Shown here in pieces: positions 27,760 to 38,617 of a DNA stretch of 64,000 nucleotides. The notes under the pieces were generated by a model. The model saw only the letters and a program-made list of their open reading frames with translations, searched no databases and had not been told where the DNA came from. The stretch comes from Nageia nagi. Its lineage: Eukaryota > Plantae > Pinophyta. Where the stretch lies: positions 186,930,001 to 186,994,000 of the forward strand of contig JBITNC010000001.1 in assembly GCA_050084985.1 (NCBI GenBank), written 5' to 3'. Both the position numbers and the translations under genes were made by a program. Each line of letters begins with the position of its first letter. Position 1 is the first letter of the stretch.

Positions 27760-28500
27760 TTGCATGGACCACAACAAATGGAGTATAAGATAATGGTTTG
27801 AAAATATGCATTAAGTAAAAATATTTTTATGGATATCATATGATTAGATGATATGTAATTCATTGCTAAAATGAGGATATCATTCAAAGGAATGCAAATG
27901 ATAGGAGTAAATGTAGACTCTATAACCTTGGCCAACATTCTTCCAACATGTGCCACCATGGGAGATCTAGAAGAAGGTATATACATAAATGAATGAGTAC
28001 TTTGATGAGATAGATATGTATGCAAAATTAATTGATATACATTTATGCAAAATATAGAAGAATACATAAGGCTTGCAAATTATTTGACAAGATGCATGGT
28101 GCAAACCTAGTTTCATGGATTGCAATTATTGGAGGATATGTAATTCATGGCTACATCAAGGATGCCTTATCTAAATGTAACTCATGGATTGCAATGATCA
28201 TTATATTTTCACATAATGGGTTATTTGAATAGGATCTAAAGACTTTTAAGTAGGTGCAATTATCAAGTGTAAAGGTAAACTCTATAACCTTTGCTAGCAT
28301 TTTTCCAGCATGTCCCACTATCAAAACTCTAGAGGAACGTATGGAAATCCATCAAAGAGTAGTTGAAAATGGTTTTGTATCCAATATTATGGTAACTACA
28401 TTATTCAAAGATATAAGAATCAATAAGGGTAGTCAAATTGAAGTTGACAAAAAGCTACGTGCTTCTCTCATAGGTGATAGACAATTCACACTCAATAACA
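27760..28500 (+). pseudogene. PLS-class (E/E+) PPR pseudogene, internally collapsed
   Basis: FKGMQMIGVNVDSITLANILPTC; IYAKYRRIHKACKLFDKMHGANLVSWIAIIGGY; VKVNSITFASIFPAC..EIHQRVVENGF. Then an abrupt jump to E-domain-like GSQIEVDKKLRASLIGDR. Stops and frameshifts. Confidence 0.85.
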
Positions 28501-28574
28501 TAGGAGAGATGGAAAATTGGACATATTATCAAGTAAGATGAAAGCAACAAGGAATAAAATTCCAAATACAATAG

Positions 28575-29620
28575 GTACAAGTATAGTAAAAATTAACTAT
28601 GTACTTGAATCAAAGTGTTACCATATGAATTTTCTTATATCATGTTCCTTTCATCTAATTTTGTATGTGAACTTTTTGCTTTTTCTATAGCACTTTCCTG
28701 TGTCATATAGAAGTATGATAAATAATTTGATAAATATTAAACTAACTATAATGATAAATACAAAGATAAATATTAAACTAAGTATAATGATATAATATTC
28801 TAAATACAATAGCTACAAGTACAATACAAATGAACTATATACTTGAATCAAAGTGCTATGATATGCATTTTCTTATGTGATATATTCTTGTATTGCATTC
28901 CCTTCATTTGCATCTAAACTCTTTATCATATGTGCAATATTTTCTTGAAGTGAAAAGATATAAGATTGCAAGTTATACATCATAAAGTGCATTTATGAAG
29001 AAAATAAAAGGCTAGCTCTCGAGTGATAGTACAAATGAATTATATATATAAATCAAACTCCTATGATCTTCATTTTCCTCTCTCCCATTTGTATTTTCTT
29101 AACTTTTTGCATTTACATTTGAACTCTTTATTTATTTCATAGTACTTTCTTGTGTGATGTATAATTATGGTAAATACACATATAAATATTAAGCTAAGTA
29201 CAAAACTCATTGCAAGGTTATCTCTCAAGTGGTAATAAAAATAAACCATATACCTGATTCAAAGTGCTACGATTTGCATTTTCTTCATTTGCATGTGTTT
29301 CATTCCATTCATTTTATTATATCCCATTTTTCAATTTTGTATAGAATTATGAAAAATGCATTGATTAAGAAAATGCAAGACTAGCTCTCGAGTGAAAGTA
29401 CAAATGAACTATATACCTTAATCAAATTGCTATGATCTTCATTCTCTTCATTTTCTGCTCTCTCATTTGCATTTTGTTCATTTTTTGTATTTTCTTCATT
29501 TTCATATGTCCTATTTTTTGCATTTTTTTCATTTTTATGTATCCTATTTTCCTATGTCACATAGAATTATGATAAATACAAGGATAGATATTAAACTAAG
29601 TATAATGATAAATACAAAAA
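28575..29620. repeat. Degenerate about 200-bp tandem repeat x5
   Basis: The core AGTACAAATGAACTATATAC.TGAATCAAAGTGCTATGAT occurs at about 28590, 28820, 29030, 29235 and 29398. Confidence 0.75.
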
Positions 29621-31624
29621 ACTAAGTTCTATTGTTACTAGTTGAGTGATACATTAGTGTGTCACATTCCCCATATCCTAAATAAAACTTATCTATATGA
29701 GAACATCAATATGCATAAATATCTCATGAGAAGGTCAAGCATTCTCTGACGATGCATTGGTCTCACCAAATCTCTGCATGGAGCAAAATAAATGGAGTGT
29801 AAAATAAAAATGACATTTTAATTTTGAAAAAAATCATAATAGTAAAGAAGAACATAAATAAGAATCACATTCTCACCTTATTAGGTGGGGGACTCTCTAG
29901 CAATGTATTTTTATTGGTAGCATTTCTCCCTTATCTAGCATTGGTATCTTCATTATCAAATATTACGTATTAACTTCTATCAACATATTTGGACTCTCTA
30001 AAGTGTATGATTGATGGTTCTCTTAATTCTTTCAATTCCTCCAAGGATACAAGGGTGCACACTAAACATATTAAATATAGATTAGTGTACTAGATATGAA
30101 AATAACTATAAAAATCTAACAAGCAAAAAATAATACATATATCTTTCTATGTTCCCTTATCACATGCAGCCTCCAAAAAGTTTCTCTTTTTTCATGGACA
30201 TCATAGTCCATCATCTTTGCATAAATATTTTCTCACACTTCCATTGATAGCTCTAATTGTGAATTTACCTTCTTATTTTTCATTGCATCCTTTACCAATC
30301 TATTTTGTTTAGAGTTACATTAGTTATGAAATACATTTTAAGGAATTTGTTTTCCTTTCAAATATTTCATTTGGCTATATGTTGATGGTTTTAAAGTAGT
30401 TTCCAGCCTAACCATTTTCATTTTTTATTTAAGTGGTAAATCCTTATGATTACCTGTCTTATGGTTATTAAAGGTTTTATATGATCAAATTTATATATTT
30501 GGGTAAAAATGAAATAGACCAACCTCATGATGATATCTCAACTTGCCACTCCTCTTGCTAGCATGTCATTCATCTTGTACACCATGTGCATATTTAGTGT
30601 CAGCCCATTATAAGTGAAAGACATCAAAATATAATTAGCAAATTATTTACTTGCATAATTCTAACATTATTGCATAAAGAAATGCAAAAATAAATATCAA
30701 CCATAGCTAAGTTAAATACTTTGATCACAAGCCAAACTGTCAATTGTAGCAACTAAAGGTTTTCTTCTACCTTTGCATTGTTAAAACATGTCAGTTCATC
30801 AATATTACATGTATAATAATTCATATCGAGAATATGTTATTATTGTGCTACAAAATTAGTGCATAATTATTAACTATGATGAAATGATAGTTGTGCTACA
30901 AAATCATAGCATAATCTCTTTGGGAATTTGAGCAAAAACCATTGATTCGATGTTAGTTTCTTTCATATGCAATTATGGTAACAACCTTAATAAACATGTA
31001 ATCATTGATTCAATGTCATTTTCTTAATAAATATATCTACAAATTTCTAATTAATGGTACTTTATAACTTCAAATTTATATCATCTCTTTGAATAACATC
31101 TCCTTTGAAATGAAATTGAAGGTTAATATGATTGGATTTTCTATGGTGGGGAGGATTCCATGTAATTTGTATTACACTTTGATTTTTATAAACTAATGTA
31201 ATATGTATTAATGGCTTAAGTTATCATTATTGTAATTTACATATACTTCTGTTGAAGATAATAACATAATTATGTTAAATGCATGAAAATGAAGCATTGT
31301 ACAACCCAAACAACAACTAAGTTCATCTATGAAAATATTATCATAAGATCTGGATGTCTTGAAGAAAATATAAAAAATATGGAATGTGTGTAGTATGGAC
31401 TATATATCAATATCTAATAGTGATCTTATCATGGTCTTACTCCTTTTATATATGAGTTCCATCCTTAACCAAGATATCATGCTTAGTAATCCTTGGAGCT
31501 TGCACCACAAAAGGGTGAAAGGATGACATAATAAAGTACATTGCTCCAATCAATAGAAAAATTCATAAAATATATCAATAAAGTGCATAAATTATAAAAT
31601 TATTACTAAAAGAGGACTTAGTAG

Positions 31625-33068
31625 AATAGGGATAGGCATGTGTTTTGAATTTTAATTCAAAACCCTACTAAATCAAGATTGATATCATTCTTTAAATACA
31701 TTATTCTAGATATATATCAATATAGCAATTGAGCTCAAAATAGCTCAAATTTAAGGTTTTGCCCTTTTATGCCCCTACATTACCCTAAAAAATACTCAAT
31801 ATCTTTGATATGATCTAAACATGATAGAAACGTTTGTTATACATACATATATAGATACTTGGGAACTTGGGTTGATCAGGTTATTTTTGCAAATATATAT
31901 TAGTGTTACTAATACAAAGTATTAGATATTAATAATTTGGTTATTATACCCCTTTGATTTCTAGAAAAGTATCAAAAAGAAAGTGAACTAAATTGAATTA
32001 GCTTAACTATTAGGAAACTTGATTTACAAAAAAAGGTACAAGTATCATGCTCAAATGATAAGATGATGTATTAGTTATTCATGATGTTGGATAATTTATA
32101 CAAATGTGTACTAGTATTAACTAAACATAGGTTTTACAATTTCTTAAGAATTGATATCAATATTTTTCATGTCTTTCTATTAAGGATTTAAAAAATATAT
32201 TGTTACATATTAGTCTTAGATGTTGAAACTAATTTGAATTTATTTGTAAGATCTAATTTAATAAGGAAGATGAATCCATATGGCTATGAAGTTTGTACCA
32301 ATACAAATCAAACTATAAATTAGATTAGTTTTAGAGACCTAATCTATATTTAAGATATTATGAACTTCTTACAAAACTGTGCTTTGTTTCTTAAGACATT
32401 CAACAAAGTACTTTTGAATGATATAAGACACTAAATTTTGCAATAGAGATTAAGACTATCTTCTTTGCTTTTGAATTCATTTTCTTATCCTTGAAAAAGA
32501 GAGAAAAGAGAGAATTTAATATTTACAATATGAATGATAGAAGAAATCAAGTACAAATCTAAATATCTCAATAATTAAAATTAATTATACTTATAATTTA
32601 AAATGAATAAATATACTTAATATAATTATAATTAACCTTAGAATATAAACAAGGATTGATTACAACTTAAAGATCTTATTGATAACTATTACCTTCAAAC
32701 TAAAAAATTGTGTAATTAATAATATAAATTTGATAAATATAATAAATATAACCAAGAATAGTTCATTTGGTTCAAATTATAATGATAAAAAAAATATTTT
32801 TAATAATTATATAATGCACTGGCTATTTAGCCTCCATAATAGGATAGGCATTGGTTTTAAATTTTTATTCAAAATTTGACTAAATCAAGTTGATATTGTT
32901 CTTGAAATATAGTATTCTAAATATATATCAATATAGCAATTGAGTTCAAAATAGCTCAAATTTAAGGTTTGAGTCCTTTGATGCCCCTACATTACCCTAA
33001 AAACACTCAATATATTTGAGATGTTCTAAACATGATAGAAAAGTTAATTATACATACATATATAGATA
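31625..33068. repeat. Dispersed direct repeat (about 230 bp; 31625-31858 and 32838-33068)
   Basis: Both copies share GGATAGGCAT...TATATATCAATATAGCAATTGAG.TCAAAATAGCTCAAATTTAAGG...ATGCCCCTACATTACCCTAAAA...ATACATACATATATAGATA. Confidence 0.85.
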
Positions 33069-34449
33069 TTTATTTATTATTATTTTGATAAGATAAATTT
33101 CTCATATGATTCGGAATGGTGAAATTGACAACTAGGGAGCAAATATATCAATATGTATTAACTAATAGGGATATCAATATTTTCTTAGTATCTTGATAAT
33201 TTGGATGTTATATATGGTATTCGGTTATAATGATCACACAATGATTATGACTTATATTATGGTAAGTTACACATGGGCACCCATGATTCTTACACAATTA
33301 TATGAGTATATTGTTAGTTATTATTTAGTTGATATAATATAAAAGTGGTTTGATTATGAGGATCCATGTTGAAATCAATGGTAATATCTTGATAATTAAA
33401 GAGGTACGCATGATGTAGAAGACTGATGATTAGTTTTCTATGATATTGGTGATACATATATAGTATAAAACTTGTACCTTGGTTTTTAGTATCACACGAG
33501 CAATAATAATATGTAGTTAAGTGATGATGGATTCATGAGTTGATTAATTATCTAATGGATGTAGAGATGAAACTTGAATTCATACTTATCATCAATGACA
33601 TTACTATTTCTTATGTAATCTTGTAACTAAGCCACAAGCCAATATTATGGGGTTCTACGGCTTTATAGGTCAATTAGGATACCATCAAAAATGGCAAAAC
33701 AAATGAATATTATCAATTTTACATGGTGCTCCACACCCATTAATCATACCTTTAATGCTCACGTTATGAATTGCTTGCCTTATCTTGCATAACAATGGAT
33801 AACTAGCCTAATCTCATTGATTATACATTACATTGTTTATCTTTTTTTATTGTATCCAAACTAATTAATTAGATAATGTTAATTACTTACTATTGCATCA
33901 AATTTGTTAAATGGGTAACTTATTTTACTTACTAGTTCGACAAATTCGTAGTGTTGTAACTATATCATTTTAGGGTAAATTCTTGTGGAGTTTGGCTATG
34001 GGTTCTATATCGAATTAGGGGTTAAGAGAAACCCTAGTTATTAATTTATGAACATTTGGTGTATGTTATTGTTATGTGTTGGGTTGTAGGTGCTTATTGA
34101 GAAATTTAAATATGCCAATGTAGATTTCTCACCACTTCTTTTATTTTATTGTTAGAGTATGGATATTCGACCTAGTTCTCCTTTTGATCTTCAGTAGATC
34201 CTAGATGATTGAAATGAAATGGAGGAATAATACCTCTTTTTGATATCATGAATATGGTGAACCTATCCAATGATGAGATGGTCACTTTAATAGGATCCTA
34301 CACCTAATATGATGCATGAAGTTTATGATGAAATTGAAAGCAATTTTGTATCTCAATTATTTATGCATACAGTTGGAAAATATATTTAGATATCTCATTA
34401 CATGTTACAAATTGGGCTTTTATATGAACCATCCAAGCTTGGATATATT

Positions 34450-35050
34450 TTTGGTATCAACTATAATATGGCATGTAGATATACTTATTAATTTAGAATA
34501 TGGTTATTTGGTATCAACTATAATATGAGATGTAGATATACTTATTAATTTAGAATATGGTTATTTGGTAGACATTGGAAATGGAATTTTTATTGTTTGC
34601 AATTACAATAATAAAGTTTATTTGAATGTTAACTATGTATACAATATGAGTAACTCTTATCACATTATTCTTGGTATGAATCATTATACAAACATTGCTA
34701 ATGGAATGAGTAGGGTTTTACAATTAAGATAGAATCGAAGCTCGAGCATTTTAAAACTAACCATTGAGAGACGAAATCCAAGCATGAGGATTTGAAATGC
34801 ATGATACAGATAGTTTCATGGACTACAATGATCATAAGATATGCACAAAATGAATACATTAAAAGGGAAGGTCAATTTTTTTATGAAATACCTCATTGAA
34901 ATGTAGTCTCATGGAATGCAATGATTGCAGGTTATGGAAGCATAGAGAAGGCATAAGATTTTTTGATAACTGCAGGATGTAGACTTTCATGGAGTGCAAT
35001 ATGAAAAACTCATGGATTGTAAAATGAATAAACAAAGCCAAGGAATTGTA
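34450..35050 (+). pseudogene. Collapsed PPR pseudogene fragments with a 57-bp tandem duplication
   Basis: MHDTD.VSWTTMIIRYAQN and P.NVVSWNAMIAGY fused to GSIEKA.DFFD. Duplication at 34450-34570. Confidence 0.7.
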
Positions 35051-35164
35051 AAAACTATCTAGTATTGAGCTTCACTACCTTTATGAGAGCTCCTTCCAAC
35101 ATCCACATCTAAGCATGCAAAAAATAATGCAAACGAGAATGATCATCTTTTCATTTATTTAAAA

Positions 35165-35832
35165 GGGATTAATCAAACTTCATTTAATCAGTTAAAAATA
35201 ATTCAATTAATCTTGCAATCCTTTGCATGTGTTAAACCATATGGGTTAAAGGTTAATCGACTTCTATATAGAGTCTAAATGAAGTTCAATTAACCTTCGC
35301 ATTAATGAATTCATGTACGATGATTGGCGATGTTCCAAATGGAGGCAAGGTGATATGACATATGGGTTGATCGACCTTTATATAAACCCCATAAATACAA
35401 TTTGAATAACCTAGGCCATTAATGACATCCTCGATATACAAGATAGATGTTCAAGATGGTGAGCCTGAGATAATCAAAGTCAATTGAATTTCATTGATAT
35501 TGGGGGTTAATCGAGCATCATCATTTTTTAGGTTAATTGAAAGATGCTTAGCCTAAATGGTCATTTGATATCATGAGTTAATCAAATGTTGTTGACACAT
35601 TGTCTAATCAAACATTGGTTAATCTTACATAATCAAAAGATGTTAAGAGTAGACTAATCGAACGATATTTAGACATAGGTTAATTGAACATTGTAAAGTA
35701 GGTCAGATAAAGGAAGTTTAAGTAATCCCACATGGGCATGGGGGCGATGGTATACCATGATAGGTATGACCTGATGATCCATGTGCATGGAGGGTTAAAC
35801 GAAGCATGTTGAGTCAAGGATAATCAAAGTTT
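35165..35832 (+). repeat. Array of about 14 dispersed GGTTAATCGAA-like motifs
   Basis: Motif variants at about 35169, 35251, 35366, 35470, 35505, 35531, 35577, 35605, 35618, 35630, 35655, 35678, 35792 and 35819. Confidence 0.55.
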
Positions 35833-36237
35833 GTATAACCCCACTACATGGCTCGTTGGGTCATACATGCATATTGAAAAAATAGCATGTCAGAATAAAA
35901 AAAAAAATTTGGAGGTTAGATAACCAATGCCATATCATTATTACTTGTTATGGATAGAAAACATTGTCTACATCATTAAAAATATTTGTTCACCACTTTT
36001 TGTCCAAAAAAAATAAACTAATAACTCTTAATTTTAAAATATAAATTACACTTATTAATACAAATCTTAATCAAAAACATGTATATAAATCATCTATACA
36101 ATTTGGCATCTACAATCACAACCAATTTAAGAACCGGAGTTGTTAAATGTAAATCCAGCATCCTTTTTGGATGATAAGTTCCATCTCATGCAGAAAGGAT
36201 AATCAACCATTTTTCATTTACAAAAGACACTAGTCTT

Positions 36238-36376
36238 GGCATGCATGTTGATATTGATGGGGGTAGTTAAGGAATGACACTCTCGTGATCTCAAAGCAGC
36301 GAACGCGTGCCAACCCCTTCCTCACTTACATTCCCAATATATTCCCTCCAATTATATTCATAAACCTCTATATAAA
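36238..36376 (+). promoter_or_regulatory. Proximal promoter of the DFR-like gene
   Basis: TATATAAA at 36369-36376. MYB-type sites GGTAGTTA (36262) and CCAACC (36310). ACGCGTG at 36303, CTCGTG at 36282, RY-like CATGCATG at 36240. Confidence 0.5.
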
Positions 36377-36437
36377 CCTCCACTTCAAGCATAATGATAT
36401 GAATATTACTTGACTGCGTCTCTTCCTACTACCAAAT

Positions 36438-38145
36438 ATGGCAAGCGTTAGTTTGAGTTCAGAGAAAGATGAAAGCCTCTGCAATGGAAAGGGCCCGGTT
36501 TGTGTAACTGGGGCATCAGGGTACCTTGGCTCTTGGTTGGTTATGCGACTGCTTGATCAAGGATACTACGTACATGGCACCGTTAGAGATCCTCGTATGT
36601 TGTCCTTGCAAATCCCAAAATGTTTATAGTACCAATTCTATTTCCATTTTCTGTAAATCAGTTTCCAAATTTGTTGTGCAGAAAATCACAGTAAGGTGAG
36701 TCATCTGCTAGCGCTGCCGGGAGCAAGTGAGAAGCTGAAACTATTCAAGGCAGATCTCAATGATGAAATGGCATTCGACGACGCCGTAAAGGGTTGTGAA
36801 GGAGTCTTCCACATTGCATGTCCAGTTAATCTTGGAAATGATGCTCTTCAGGTAACTTCAGTACACAAACCATTATAATTATTGTTTTGTTATAAATACT
36901 TGTGGAAGATGGAAGTAAGAAAATACCTTTATCATGAGATAAAAAGTACTAGGCTATTATGATGATGTTTTATAAGTGAACCTAAAATAATACAGGGTGA
37001 GGTGGTCGGTCCGGCAGTGAGAGGAACAGTGAATCTGCTTAAAGCCTGCGAACGAGCAGGAACCGTAAGACGTGTAATTCATACTTCGTCTGTTTCAGCA
37101 GTATTATTTACAGGTAAACATTCCCCAGATGACACTCTTGATGAATCTCACTGGACGTCTGTCGATTACTGTAGGAAGACAAAGCGCATCGGTTGGGTAA
37201 GCTACTTGTTTAATTTTTTTTCTGGGAATCATGAGCACAGATCTATGTTCAATTTTTTTTCATCTTGAGACATATATTATTTCGGCACATATTGTTAATA
37301 GAAAGATACATATTATAGATCTATGTTGATCTATCGTAAAAGTTTCGATGACCAGCGTTTGTATTATTTTTTATTGCATAGATGTATTATGTGGCGAAAA
37401 CCTATGCGGAGGAAGGGGCAATTAAGTTCGGGACGGAGCATAATATGGACATTGTCACAATTCTTCCAGGAATAACAGTGGGAGATTTCCTTACACCCGA
37501 GGTGCCCGGCAGTGTGTCCACTCTCATGGCGCTAGCAAAAGGTCCATAGTCTAATACTTCTCTGCTTTCTAGGTTTTTGGGCTAGTTAAACGATGAATTT
37601 TGAGCCCAGCAAATGACATGATATTAATGGCAGGAGATATGGACTTCTGTTCGTATATCCCACGGCTTCCATACGTGCATATAGAAGATGTGGTGAGAGC
37701 ATACATATTTCTGTTCGAGAATCCGGATGCCAAAGGGAGGTATATATGCTCTCTCAAGGACGTTACTCTCCAAGAATCGGCTCAACTCTTTCAAGAGCAC
37801 CATCACCTCGACGTTCCAACCAGGTTCAGTACCCTTCACACTTCTCTTAAAAAAAATAATAATCATAATACACATCAGAAATTATAATTATGTTTTTTAT
37901 ATTAATCAAAAATATATATATTGTAATGTTCATTGATTAAAGAGAACTAGTTTAGATTTATTTGTAATACATTTTAATAAGAAAATATGATCATTTATTG
38001 CAGATTTGAGAATATTCATGAAGACTACATGGTTTCATACACAAAATCAGAAAAATTGAAAAGCCTTGGGTTTGAGTTCCACCACTCCGTCAAAGATATC
38101 ATTGATGACGCAGTCAAATCTTATATGAAAAGAAACTTGATTTGA
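36438..38145 (+). CDS. Dihydroflavonol-4-reductase-like NADPH-dependent SDR (DFR/ANR/TKPR/CCR family), 6 exons, 339 aa, intact
   Basis: Exons 36438-36594, 36682-36851, 36996-37196, 37382-37541, 37634-37823 and 38004-38145, all with GT-AG introns, total 1020 nt with no internal stop. Motifs [48 protein letters not shown] (YxxxK), YVHIEDV, AKGRYIC and KLKSLGFEF. Confidence 0.93.
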
Positions 38146-38617
38146 AAATTCTGATATATTTAAAAACATTGTAAATGTTTAAATAATTTTTATGTCGCCA
38201 ATATGAATTATGTTATTAATTTAATTGGAGATATACGTACAATACAATTTGTATGAAATATTTTATGCAAATATGTCAATGTTCTTTTAAAAAAAATGTA
38301 TTACATCAATTTTTAATATATAATAAATATAAAAGATTTTAGAAAATTTTAAAAAATGAAACATTTTTTCTTATGAGCTACTTTTTAATACATTGTTACA
38401 TATGTTAAATATAGGTAATCAAAATGGAGGAAGTAAGGTACCCTCCTTATCATATTTTGTATTGCTCTCTTTTATTCATAAAATGCTAATACATGGTAAG
38501 AATGTAGTGCTTTGATAAGATGAATTAATAATCACTTTCGAATTTAAGTAGAGATAAATATAAATCACCTCATCAAATTGGTAATGATTTGTAAATTTAT
38601 ATGAAGATCATTAATCA

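Noticed and set aside
29830-30960. Possible decayed transposase on the minus strand
   Set aside because: No diagnostic motif could be read in any frame.
36438-38145. Assigning the symbol DFR, ANR, CCR or TKPR
   Set aside because: Diagnostic residues do not match any one of them cleanly; a phylogeny is needed.
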